From an uncultured Candidatus Saccharibacteria bacterium (GTDB lineage Bacteria > Patescibacteriota > Minisyncoccia > UBA6257 > 1-14-0-10-44-23): 64,000 nt of DNA. The stretch spans positions 159,501-223,500 of the forward strand of contig CAZJVT010000003.1 in assembly GCA_964549935.1 (NCBI GenBank). Direction: 5' to 3'. Below the pieces are notes generated by a model. It had not been told where the DNA came from, made no database searches, and worked only from the letters and a program-made list of their open reading frames with translations. Below are positions 26,039 through 35,270 of the stretch, piece by piece; the stretch's first letter is position 1, and each line of letters begins with the position of its first letter. A program made the position numbers and the translations under genes.

Positions 26039-27433
26039 ATGAACAAGACCCAGCACGTCCTCCTCGGCGTAGCTCTCGCCGGCATCCTTCTCGGAAGCGG
26101 CTGCACCTCCCTCGGCCTGCCGCGGGAGGCGACGAAGCCCGCGCCGGTGACCTCGGTGAGCGACGCCACCCCGCCTGGGCCCGACAAGACGATCGGAATG
26201 GACCAGACGGCCCTCGTCGACCTCCAGCTCCCGCCTGCCTCCCTCGTTCCCAGGCCCGTCGAGCCCTCGGACAGGGTGCCGGACATCGACGTCCGGAACT
26301 TCAGCGCCTCCGAGGCGAGCTTGATCGAGGCTCTCCAGCTGCTCCTCGGCCGGACCGGCATCCCCGTGACGGTCGAGACCGGTCTCGACACCACGCGCAT
26401 CTCCGCGTTCGGGCTGTCGGGGAAGCTCTCGGACGTTCTCGACCGGCTTTCCGAAGGGGCAGGCGTCTTCTGGCGCTACCGCAACGGCTCTCTTGTCGTC
26501 TCCGGCGATCGGCCCTTCACCGTCGAGATCCCGCCGGTGATGGGCGACGTGGCCGCCGAGGAGATCGTCCGCGGAATCGAAAGCATGGGCGCGCTCCGCG
26601 TTCGCCTCGACCGGACCGCGAGCCTCATCAGCTATCGCGCCGAGCGTCGTGTCCACGACGTCGTCGTCGACTATCTCGAGAAAATCCGGAAATCCAAGTC
26701 GTTGATCGTGTTCCAGGCTTGGCTCCTGGAGGTCACCCTCAACGACCAGCGCCAGCTCGGCATCAACTGGAACGAGCTCGGCTGGAAGTCGGGCGGCGTG
26801 GCCCTCAGCCTGGCCGGGGGCAGCTCCGTCGTCGGCGGCACCACCTTCGGGGCCGTCTATGGCGGCAACCGCTTCTCCATCGACGGCCTGGTCAGCTTCC
26901 TGCAGACGCAGGGCACTCTTTCGACAGTGTCGAAGCCGTCACTCACCATGATCTCGGGCGGCAAGGCCAAGTTCGAGGTCGGCTCGATCGCCCGCTACGT
27001 CAGCAAGGCCGGTTCCAGCACGACGGGATCGACGGTCACCGGAACGACGGAGACCGAGTCCCTCAAGGTCGGCCTGCAGATGGCCATGACCGGCGACTAC
27101 AGCCAGGGCACGGTCTTCTTCAAGGTGGGCCTCGAGATCTCGGACATCACCCGCTTCGATCAGTACGAAGCCTTCGGGCAGCAGCTGAAGCTCCCCCAGA
27201 CGACCAATCGCCTCCTCGAGACGACGGACCGGGCCCGCCCGGGCGACGTGATCCTCCTCGGCGGCATCGTCAGCACACGCGACCAGGTCGACCGGGACGG
27301 CGTCCCGAGCGGCCTTGGGTTCCTTTTTCCCAGGCTCTTCAACGACCAGACCCAGCGTACCGAGCTGGTCGTCGTCTTGATGCCGAAGGTCATCCGTTTC
27401 GTGGACGCCGCGTCCCAGGAGGCCGCACGATGA
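26039..27433 (+). CDS. Lipoprotein secretin of a type IV pilus (PilN/BfpB-like)
   Basis: Lipobox LGSGC; LLEVTLND...LGINW, SKPSLTMISG, RTELVVVLMPKVI secretin motifs. Confidence 0.9.
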   Translation: MNKTQHVLLGVALAGILLGSGCTSLGLPREATKPAPVTSVSDATPPGPDKTIGMDQTALVDLQLPPASLVPRPVEPSDRVPDIDVRNFSASEASLIEALQLLLGRTGIPVTVETGLDTTRISAFGLSGKLSDVLDRLSEGAGVFWRYRNGSLVVSGDRPFTVEIPPVMGDVAAEEIVRGIESMGALRVRLDRTASLISYRAERRVHDVVVDYLEKIRKSKSLIVFQAWLLEVTLNDQRQLGINWNELGWKSGGVALSLAGGSSVVGGTTFGAVYGGNRFSIDGLVSFLQTQGTLSTVSKPSLTMISGGKAKFEVGSIARYVSKAGSSTTGSTVTGTTETESLKVGLQMAMTGDYSQGTVFFKVGLEISDITRFDQYEAFGQQLKLPQTTNRLLETTDRARPGDVILLGGIVSTRDQVDRDGVPSGLGFLFPRLFNDQTQRTELVVVLMPKVIRFVDAASQEAAR

Positions 27434-28068
27434 GGGTCCGTCATTTCTTCCTTGCCGTCGGCGGGCTCGCTGCCATGACCGGTGTCGCGGTGGCCCAGGC
27501 CCCATCGATCCCGATGGCATCGCCACAGGCCGTGACCTCGTTGCCCCAGTCCGGGCCGCAGCCCGGGCCGCTCTCCCTGACGGTGCCGGCGAGCTCTCCG
27601 GGCTCCCTCAACCCCCTGCAGCCTCGTCCCACTCCGCAGGCCATGACGGCCGCGCCGGCCGCGGGCGCCCAGCCCCCGGCAATCGGTGGCCAGGCGCCGC
27701 CTTTCGGACAGACGCTGCCTGCGCCGCCGGCGCTCAACACGCCGGCCCAGGAGGTGAGCTCGAGCGACCTGTCGACGGTCACGATCACCGCGATCATGGA
27801 CGGCGCGGCGGTCCTACGCACCGCCAACAACTCCTACCAGGTCGCGGACAAGGGCATGCTCAGCCACAACGGGCGGCTTTACGGCGTTCGCGTGAAGGAC
27901 GGCGTGGTCACCCTGTTCGACCGCAACCAGCGGCCGGTCTTCGAGGCGACGGTCGGTTCCGGCGTATCGCCCGAACAGCGGTTCTCGTGGACGCGTGCCC
28001 AGTCGTCGTCGGGCAGCGCAACCGGAGCCCCGCCGGCCCCCGCGCCGGCCCCGCTCAAGACGCCCTGA
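27430..28068 (+). CDS. Exported Pro-rich pilus accessory protein (PilP-like position)
   Basis: Signal peptide MRVRHFFLAVGGLAAMTGVAVA; Pro-rich linker; small beta domain; ATGA overlap. Confidence 0.65.
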   Translation: MRVRHFFLAVGGLAAMTGVAVAQAPSIPMASPQAVTSLPQSGPQPGPLSLTVPASSPGSLNPLQPRPTPQAMTAAPAAGAQPPAIGGQAPPFGQTLPAPPALNTPAQEVSSSDLSTVTITAIMDGAAVLRTANNSYQVADKGMLSHNGRLYGVRVKDGVVTLFDRNQRPVFEATVGSGVSPEQRFSWTRAQSSSGSATGAPPAPAPAPLKTP

Positions 28069-28070
28069 CC

Positions 28071-29960
28071 ATGCCGGACGACATCCAGCCGACCGAAGGC
28101 CACCAGGCAACCTCCGAACGGCTTGCGCCCGGCCAGCTCGTGGTCTCCGTGACCATGGGGGACGGGACACGGGTCCAGCGGACCGTCATCGGCGGCGAGG
28201 ACCGGACAGTCCATGCCAGGCCGGCGGAACCGGCCAAGGTCAAGCCATCGCAGCTCGCCGTGGCGACGAAGCAGCAGCGGGTCCTTCATGCCGCCGGCGT
28301 CGACAAGGCGATCACCGAGATCCTGATCTCGATGGGCTTCCTGCCGCCGTCCCAGGCGGAGGCCGGATCGGGCCTGTCGAGGCGGAAGCAGGATCCGGGC
28401 GACCTGGTGAGCCTCCGGCTCCAGCAGAACCTTGGCATGAAGATCATGGGCGTCGAACGCGACGTCATATCGGTCGCCCTGACGAAGGCGGCGGACGACT
28501 TCAAGCGGCAGTTGCTCCTCCTCGAAGCCAGGCGTGCCGGCATCGAGGCGAGCCGGATCGAGATCCTTCCGATCGACCGCATGTCGGCGATCGCGCTGCT
28601 CGGCCAGACCCGCGTCGTGCATCGGGACGTGATCGAGAAGCGGATCCAGCGCCTCACCCGCGATCCGGGAGAGGGCTCCCTGCTGCAGCTCATCATCCAG
28701 GAGATCTTCTCCTACGCGGTGCAGATCGATGCCTCGGACATTTCGGTCAAGGTCGAGCCGAGGCATCTGGAGCAGTCGAACGTCGCCTTTCGCGTCGACG
28801 GCACGATGCAGTACGAGTTCTTCCTTCACCCCGACGTCGCCAAGCCGCTCGCGACCAGGCTGAAGGCGATGGCGAACATCGACTTTTCCGACCGCTCGCG
28901 CCCTCACGACAACCGCATCACCCTGCAGGTGGCCGGCCGCGACATCGACGTCCGCGTCGGCGTCGTCCCCACCGATCCAGGGGAGCTCATCACGATGCGC
29001 CTCCTGGACCCCAGGAAGGTTCTCCATATCGGTGATCTGTTCGGATCGATGCCGGCAACCGTCGCCTATATCCGGAGCTTCAATTCCCAGCCGACGAAGT
29101 CGGGCGGCGTCCTGCTGCTTTCGGGCCCCACGGGCTCAGGCAAGACGACGACCCAGAACGCCATCCTCCTCGACGTCGATCGCACCAAGAAAAAGGTCGT
29201 CACGATCGAGAATCCGGTCGAGTACACGATCCCGATGGCGCATCAGATCCAGGTTCAGACCGACGACCAGTGGGCCGAGGCGATGCGCGCCGTTCTTCGC
29301 CACGATCCCGACGTGATCGCGCTCGGCGAGATGCGCGATCGCCGGACGGCCGAGGCATGCAACTCCATGGCCGAGTCCGGGCACAAGGTCACCGTTACCG
29401 TTCATGCCGACGACGGCCCGCAGACGATCAACCGCTTCGCGGACTTCTTCGACGAGAGCAATCGCAAGCATCAGCTGAGCACTCTCGGCTCGCACATCTT
29501 CGGCGTCGTGAACCAGCGGCTTCTCTCGGCGGTGTGCCCTCATTGCTCGAGCAGCGTCGAGGTAGGCGACGAGGGAGCGCACACCACCCGCGAGATCCAG
29601 ATCGCGACGGAGATCCTCAGGATCCCGTCCCGGATGCAGGTGCGCCGGCCGAACCTCGAGGGCTGCGGCCACTGCAACCATACCGGCTACTTCCGGCGGG
29701 TGCTCTCCGTCGAGCAGATCTTCATCCCGCGCGATCATGGCGTCCGGCGCCAGGTGGTCGAGCGCCTGACCGGCGACCTCGTCCATGAGATCGTGGACAT
29801 CGAAGGGGTCTATTTCAGGAGCCACTCGGACCGGATCGTGGAGCTCCTGCAGCAGGGCTACCTCGACCTTTCGATCGCCGCCGGCGTGGTGGAGGCCACG
29901 GGATACGGCTACCGCCGACGAGGGGAGGCGGCCATCGACGTCCGCCAGATTCTCGTATGA
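28071..29960 (+). CDS. GspE/PilB-family pilus assembly ATPase
   Basis: GPTGSGKTT, TIENPVEY, LRHDPDVIALGEMRD, SGH..TVH, CPHC/CGHC zinc motif. Confidence 0.93.
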   Translation: MPDDIQPTEGHQATSERLAPGQLVVSVTMGDGTRVQRTVIGGEDRTVHARPAEPAKVKPSQLAVATKQQRVLHAAGVDKAITEILISMGFLPPSQAEAGSGLSRRKQDPGDLVSLRLQQNLGMKIMGVERDVISVALTKAADDFKRQLLLLEARRAGIEASRIEILPIDRMSAIALLGQTRVVHRDVIEKRIQRLTRDPGEGSLLQLIIQEIFSYAVQIDASDISVKVEPRHLEQSNVAFRVDGTMQYEFFLHPDVAKPLATRLKAMANIDFSDRSRPHDNRITLQVAGRDIDVRVGVVPTDPGELITMRLLDPRKVLHIGDLFGSMPATVAYIRSFNSQPTKSGGVLLLSGPTGSGKTTTQNAILLDVDRTKKKVVTIENPVEYTIPMAHQIQVQTDDQWAEAMRAVLRHDPDVIALGEMRDRRTAEACNSMAESGHKVTVTVHADDGPQTINRFADFFDESNRKHQLSTLGSHIFGVVNQRLLSAVCPHCSSSVEVGDEGAHTTREIQIATEILRIPSRMQVRRPNLEGCGHCNHTGYFRRVLSVEQIFIPRDHGVRRQVVERLTGDLVHEIVDIEGVYFRSHSDRIVELLQQGYLDLSIAAGVVEATGYGYRRRGEAAIDVRQILV

Positions 29961-31186
29961 GCAGGTTCTGGCGAACCTCCTTCATGACTGCCGACCGGCC
30001 GGGCATGCCTGCTCGGCGCCTGGAGAAGGAGTTCTTTCTCCCCGACCAGGGTTCGGTACGCCTCGCGGTCGAGCAGATCGGCGGCCGGGTGATCTCCATC
30101 CGGGAGCGGCGCCTTCGGTGGTGGGACGGCGAGATCTTCACCAAGAGCTATCGGCTTCGGTTCCTCCGGACCCTCGGCTTCTTCGTCACCTCGAATTCGC
30201 CCGGCGTCGCCCTGGTGCGAGTCATCGAGACCGAGGAGGACATGCGAAAGCGCGCTCACCTGAACTCGGCCATCGAAGTGATCAACCGAGGCGGGGACTT
30301 CACCCAGGCGGTCCGCTCCATCAAGCTGTTCGACCGCTCGGTGATCGCAATCCTCGAGGCCGGGGAAAGGGTAGGGCGCCTCAGGGAAGCCATCGCCGCC
30401 GCCACCAGCCATGTCGAGAAGCGCGGCAAGAGCCTGAAGATGGTCATGTCTGCGATGGCCTGGTTCTGGATCGACGTCATCTCGACTGTTGCGACCGTGT
30501 TCGAGGTTCATTTCCACGCTCTTCCCTGGATCCGGGAAAACGCCTTCGACGGCGTCAGCGCCGCGAAGAAGGCCGAGATCATGGCTGCCCTCGACCGCGC
30601 GCAGGCGATCAACCTCGGTTTCATGGGGGTGGTCGCGGCCGTCGGCGTCCTGGCGCTTGCGGTCCTGTGGTCGACCTTCCTCGGTCGCGGGCGCGACGAC
30701 AGCGGAAAGCGCAACGTGATGAGCCTGATCCCAGGTCTCAGCACGATGGTCGTTTCCGCCGGCATCGCCGAGACCTTCTCGATCGTCTCACGGATGGTGG
30801 CTGGCTCCGCGCCCTTCTCGGAAGCGGTACGTGCCGCGGAACAGGCGACGATCGTCGGCAGCGTCTCCGGGTTCTGGAAGCGCGTCGGCGAGATGATCGG
30901 GAACGGCTGGGGCATCGACAAGGCGATGGCCAGGCATCCGCTGAGCCATGCCGAACGGATGGAGATCTCCGGCCACCGCAACCTGAGCCAGCTCGTCGAC
31001 GTGATGTCCTCCATCGCCGAGACCCGGGAGCAGACGGCCGAGCGTTACCTCAAGATGATCTCGAGCCTGTCCATCCTGGGGGTCCTGCTGTTCGGAGCCG
31101 GGGTCACCCTCAACGTCCTCTACGTCGTGTGGGTCCAGAACGAAGGCTTCACCAGCTCGATGCAGTCGATCATGGGCGGCGGCTGA
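29957..31186 (+). CDS. GspF/PilC-family inner-membrane platform protein
   Basis: Two T2SS-F-like domains (AILEAGERVGRL), three TM segments, coupled to the ATPase. Confidence 0.85.
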   Translation: MSRFWRTSFMTADRPGMPARRLEKEFFLPDQGSVRLAVEQIGGRVISIRERRLRWWDGEIFTKSYRLRFLRTLGFFVTSNSPGVALVRVIETEEDMRKRAHLNSAIEVINRGGDFTQAVRSIKLFDRSVIAILEAGERVGRLREAIAAATSHVEKRGKSLKMVMSAMAWFWIDVISTVATVFEVHFHALPWIRENAFDGVSAAKKAEIMAALDRAQAINLGFMGVVAAVGVLALAVLWSTFLGRGRDDSGKRNVMSLIPGLSTMVVSAGIAETFSIVSRMVAGSAPFSEAVRAAEQATIVGSVSGFWKRVGEMIGNGWGIDKAMARHPLSHAERMEISGHRNLSQLVDVMSSIAETREQTAERYLKMISSLSILGVLLFGAGVTLNVLYVVWVQNEGFTSSMQSIMGGG

Positions 31187-31277
31187 AGCGGGGTAATCCC
31201 GATTTCCTCGGCATATGGGCCTGCCGGCGCCGAATGTTTCTTTGTATAAGCAGGTGCAAACAGTATAATAGACCGCC

Positions 31278-32132
31278 ATGGCCAGACCGCCCGACAGCTT
31301 CACCCCGGATTCGATCGTCATCGGACACGTACCCCTGGGTGCGGGCTCGGAAGCCCGGGATGCCGCCTACTGGGAGGCGCAGAGGGCCCTGGACGAGGAA
31401 GCGCTCCATCTCCTGCTGGTCGAAGGCCAGGACGAGGTCCGTTTCATGGCGGCGCCCAGTAGGGATTTCGTCGGCGCGCCCTTCGGGGCCACCTCGATCC
31501 TGGCCGCGGCCTTTCCCGGTCATCCAGGGCATGTCGGCGACGGCGCCTATCTCGCGGACGCGCCGACCGGCGTCGCCTGTATCGTCTGCAAGCATGGCGA
31601 GCTTCTTCTTTTCGTGGGCGATCGGAATGCCGTGGAGGCGTTCGCCAGGCATAACGAAGCCGACATCGTAGAGCCGTCGAGCGGTGCCGGACCGGCCTGG
31701 GAAGGCTTCCGCATCGGGTCGCTCCGACGTCATGGCCGGATGGCGATGACCGCGCTTCTTGCCGCCGCCGCCGTCAGTATCGTCATGGCCGTGGTCTGGG
31801 TGGCATCGGCGCTGACCCTTTCCGGATCGGCCGAGGTCGAGGCGCAGATCAGGTCCACCGCGGATGCGGGCATGCGCGCCGCCGCCCAGGAGCTGACCAA
31901 GGCCGTACGCCAGCCCCTGGCCGACGACCTTTCATACTTCCAGCAGATCGCCGCGATCACCGCCGGGACGGGTGGCTGGATCAAGGAATTCAAGATCACG
32001 AACGGCCAGGCCACCTGGTCGGCCGAGTTCCCTATGTGGGTGACCGCCGATCAGCTCCAGGCTCTCGGCCGCAACCTGAAGACCCGGGCCGACGACGCCA
32101 AGGGTGTCGTGATCGTCGAGGGATCGCGCTGA
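31278..32132 (+). CDS. Bitopic pilus alignment-complex protein (putative)
   Basis: Cytoplasmic domain, single TM, periplasmic domain; operon position. Confidence 0.6.
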   Translation: MARPPDSFTPDSIVIGHVPLGAGSEARDAAYWEAQRALDEEALHLLLVEGQDEVRFMAAPSRDFVGAPFGATSILAAAFPGHPGHVGDGAYLADAPTGVACIVCKHGELLLFVGDRNAVEAFARHNEADIVEPSSGAGPAWEGFRIGSLRRHGRMAMTALLAAAAVSIVMAVVWVASALTLSGSAEVEAQIRSTADAGMRAAAQELTKAVRQPLADDLSYFQQIAAITAGTGGWIKEFKITNGQATWSAEFPMWVTADQLQALGRNLKTRADDAKGVVIVEGSR

Positions 32133-32254
32133 TGTCCATGAACCCGAGGACAGTTATCAATGCCGGCAGGGTCGCGGCCGCGATCAGTGTCGCGATGGCG
32201 ACGGTGTGGCTGATCTACCTACTGAAATTGCTGGTCAAGAGCGCCCCGCTATGA
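32132..32254 (+). CDS. 40-aa membrane peptide
   Basis: Overlaps both neighbours (TGATG, ATGA); single hydrophobic helix. Confidence 0.45.
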   Translation: MSMNPRTVINAGRVAAAISVAMATVWLIYLLKLLVKSAPL

Positions 32255-32742
32255 ATCCTCTCGTCCGCATCCGGTCCGCTCTCGTCCGCTTCCTGGACGG
32301 TCTCGACGAAACCCGCGGGACGGCCCTTGTCTCCCTCGCTTGGGTCGTCGCCCTGGTCTTTACCGTGGGCGCCGGCTGGCAGGTCCTCGAAGTACGCCGG
32401 ACCTCCGAGCAGATGAAGGTCCTCCAGGTCGGCGCTACCGTGAAGCTGGCTGTGGGCGAGGCTCCGGTCACGGCCGAGGAGATGGGCCGGGTCGCGGCGC
32501 AGGTGAAGCTCATGCATCCCTCGCTGAACGTCGCTTCGGACCCTGAGGGGATCCGCATCACGGCACAGGGGGAAGAGCGCTTCTTCGATTTCCGCTACGC
32601 GATCGCCACCGCGATGAACGCCCTTCCGGACGCCCGATGGAAAGCCCAGACGCTCATGCTCTGCGGCGGAGCGGGATGCCAGGGCTCCAACTACCTCGGC
32701 GTCCTCAAGGCGACCCGCGTGAAGGTGAACGTCACGGGGTAG
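32251..32742 (+). CDS. Bitopic pilus accessory protein (putative)
   Basis: Single TM followed by periplasmic domain with a Cys pair. Confidence 0.6.
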   Translation: MNPLVRIRSALVRFLDGLDETRGTALVSLAWVVALVFTVGAGWQVLEVRRTSEQMKVLQVGATVKLAVGEAPVTAEEMGRVAAQVKLMHPSLNVASDPEGIRITAQGEERFFDFRYAIATAMNALPDARWKAQTLMLCGGAGCQGSNYLGVLKATRVKVNVTG

Positions 32743-32835
32743 ACGGCACCTCCGACGGCAGTGGCGGGCCCTGCATCGCCGCGCTTGAACAGAGGCCGAC
32801 AGGCTTATACTATGGTCAACCAGGAGAATGAACCC

Positions 32836-33570
32836 ATGCGTGCCCAGATGACGAACCTCCTTTCCGGTCTCGGCGTTGCCGGTTTGCCGATCAGGTCCGT
32901 GTCGGCCCGGACTTCCGCGAATGCCGGCTTCGGCACCTCCGCGGTCCTCCTCGTCGTCGTTCTCATCGCAGCGATCGGCGCCTTCTTCGCCTACTCGACC
33001 CGCGGCAGCAACGTGACCTCCGCCCAGTCGACGAATTCCATCGGGGCGACCACGATCATCGACCAGGGCACCCAGATGCGCTCCGGCTTCGAGCGCATGC
33101 TGGCGAACGGCTCGGCCGCGAGCCAGGTGACCTTCGACACGGCGGCGACTACCGGCCTGTTCAATCCGACGACCGGTGGCACGGGCGACCAGCCGCCGCC
33201 GCAGCGGAACCTGACGGACGAGGCGATCGCGGGCTCGGCCCCCTTCGCGGCGGCCGTCACGACCTACAGCTACAAGACGGGCGTGACCGGTCCCGCGAAC
33301 GTCGGCACCGCTGCCGGCCTCAAGTACGGCGTGTTCCTCCCGGGCGTGAAGCTGGCCGTCTGCCAGGCGATCAACAACCAGCTCTACTCGGATTCGCTGA
33401 GCGCGACGCCGGTGGCGAGCGGTCTTGCCGTCACGGCCTTCGTCGGCGGCGCGGCTGTCGACCTGACCGCCGGCGCCATGGCCGCCGGCCTCAGCCAGCG
33501 CTCCGAGGGCTGCATCGGCACCACCAGCGCCAACCAGTACGTCTACTACAAGGTCATGTACGTGCAGTAA
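32836..33570 (+). CDS. Probable major type IV pilin (long leader, type IVb-like)
   Basis: AGGAG RBS; ~31-aa leader ending ANAG|FGTSAVLLVVVLIAAIGAFFAY; VCQAIN...EGC disulfide pair; C-terminal YVYYKV strand. Confidence 0.75.
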   Translation: MRAQMTNLLSGLGVAGLPIRSVSARTSANAGFGTSAVLLVVVLIAAIGAFFAYSTRGSNVTSAQSTNSIGATTIIDQGTQMRSGFERMLANGSAASQVTFDTAATTGLFNPTTGGTGDQPPPQRNLTDEAIAGSAPFAAAVTTYSYKTGVTGPANVGTAAGLKYGVFLPGVKLAVCQAINNQLYSDSLSATPVASGLAVTAFVGGAAVDLTAGAMAAGLSQRSEGCIGTTSANQYVYYKVMYVQ

Positions 33571-33572
33571 CG

Positions 33573-34076
33573 ATGGGCTGGATCAGCGCACTCATCGCCG
33601 CGATCGTCCTGAGCGGCGTCGTCGCCGCCTCCCAGGCGCGGAGCGGATCGACGGCCGCGAAGGTCCAGCGCATCGACACGGCTGTCGCCTCGCTCAATGC
33701 GCAGGCGAACATGACCCGTCAGGTGCTGACGCAATGCGCGCTCGACTATCCGTCGGGCGACAACGGCACCGGCTTCACCATCGCCTACCCGGCAGCGACG
33801 GCCGCAACGGCGCTCACCGGGCTGCAGTGCCCGGGGGCGCCTGCCGGCTTCAAGGACTTCTGGGGTGGCCGCAACGGCGTTTTCGAACCCGTGGCGCCAT
33901 CGGGCTTCGGCGCCTGGACCTACCTGAACAATGCCACCGGCGTCAGCCTGACGATCACGGCGGCGAGCGCCGATGCGGCTCTCGTCGCCGCCATGGACCG
34001 GGTGGCAGCGGCTTATTCGGCCACCGAGGCCACCCGCAGCGGGCTTTCACTCACCGTCTGGATCATCCGGCTATGA
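33573..34076 (+). CDS. Pilin-like protein (very short leader MG|W)
   Basis: N-terminal hydrophobic helix, two Cys, operon position. Confidence 0.6.
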   Translation: MGWISALIAAIVLSGVVAASQARSGSTAAKVQRIDTAVASLNAQANMTRQVLTQCALDYPSGDNGTGFTIAYPAATAATALTGLQCPGAPAGFKDFWGGRNGVFEPVAPSGFGAWTYLNNATGVSLTITAASADAALVAAMDRVAAAYSATEATRSGLSLTVWIIRL

Positions 34077-34732
34077 GCAACGCGCGCAATCGCCAGGGCG
34101 GTTTCGCCCAGACCATCGCCATCGTCGCGATCGGCCTCGCGGCCGCCATCGGTCTTTCGGCTTCCTTCGCCTTCCGTCAGGCCAACGCCACCTCGCGCGG
34201 CCTCCAGAAGGAGCAGGTGAGGGGAGACCTCAGCCAGCTCGCCAAGCAGCTGGCGCTGATGTCGACGCCGGATTCTTCCGGGATCCTGACCGCCCCGGCC
34301 TTCGTCACGCCGACCTCGGGGACGCCGCCGACGAACGGCGGCAAGCTCCCGTCTTCCATCGCGACACGCACGACGACGCCCCAGGGAACCCCGTTCGGCT
34401 ACTGCCCGGTCAAGCTCGGCGATACCGCGGGCGCGGGGAACCGGATCGCCACCGGCGGAACGCCGGGTAGCTCGACGATCCTGTTCGCCCTGATCTCTCC
34501 CGGCGCCGACAGGGTCTTCCAGACCACATGCCCCGATGCGATCGCCGGCACCAGCTTAGGCGACGACGCGATCTTTCGAGCCCGCCACAGCGACGTGCAG
34601 CGCGTGGTCTACGAGGCGGCTGCCGACCGGCTGGGCCATAGCAGCTTCCAGGCCGCGGAGATGCGTTGCGCCGTCGACGGCAAGCTTTTCCAGCCATTCG
34701 CCACGGGCAAGGACGCCCGCGGCTGCAAATAG
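34073..34732 (+). CDS. Minor pilin-like protein
   Basis: RNRQGG|FAQTIAIVAIGLAAAIGLS class III-like signal; paralogous to the N-terminus of 35271-37541. Confidence 0.75.
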   Translation: MSNARNRQGGFAQTIAIVAIGLAAAIGLSASFAFRQANATSRGLQKEQVRGDLSQLAKQLALMSTPDSSGILTAPAFVTPTSGTPPTNGGKLPSSIATRTTTPQGTPFGYCPVKLGDTAGAGNRIATGGTPGSSTILFALISPGADRVFQTTCPDAIAGTSLGDDAIFRARHSDVQRVVYEAAADRLGHSSFQAAEMRCAVDGKLFQPFATGKDARGCK

Positions 34733-34741
34733 GACCAGCAG

Positions 34742-35212
34742 ATGACCAATCGCATTCCCGTGAAGATCTCGCTCTCGCCCGAATACGACCGCTCCTGGGG
34801 CCCGCCGGGCTACGCCAAGCCCGGCGACGCTGGGTTCGATCTCCGCGCCCTCATCAAGGCGCCGATCGAGATCCGCGCCGAAGAGCAGCACCTGATCCCG
34901 ACCGGCCTCCGCATCGCCGTGCCGCCGGGGTTCGAGCTGCAGGTCCGGCCGCGGTCGGGCCTGGCGCTCAAGCACGGCCTGACGATCGTCAACTCGCCGG
35001 GCACGGTCGATTCCGGCTATCGCGGCGAGGTCGTCATCATCGCCTATCGCCTCAAGGGGCTCGGCGACGACAGCAAGCTCGTCGTCAAGCCAGGCGACCG
35101 CATCGCCCAGGGCGTCATCGCGCCGGTCTACCAGGCCGACTTCGATGTTGTCGACGAGCTCGACGAGACCGAGCGCGGGAGCAGCGGCTTCGGCTCCAGC
35201 GGCAGCAACTGA
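34742..35212 (+). CDS. dut: Trimeric dUTP diphosphatase
   Basis: All five motifs: DAGFDL, RPRSGLA, GTVDSGYRGE, GDRIAQ, RGSSGFGSSG. Confidence 0.97.
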   Translation: MTNRIPVKISLSPEYDRSWGPPGYAKPGDAGFDLRALIKAPIEIRAEEQHLIPTGLRIAVPPGFELQVRPRSGLALKHGLTIVNSPGTVDSGYRGEVVIIAYRLKGLGDDSKLVVKPGDRIAQGVIAPVYQADFDVVDELDETERGSSGFGSSGSN

Positions 35213-35270
35213 TCCTTCGACCGGAAGCGCGGCCGGCATGGGTGCCGCGATCATGCAGAAGAGGTGTGCG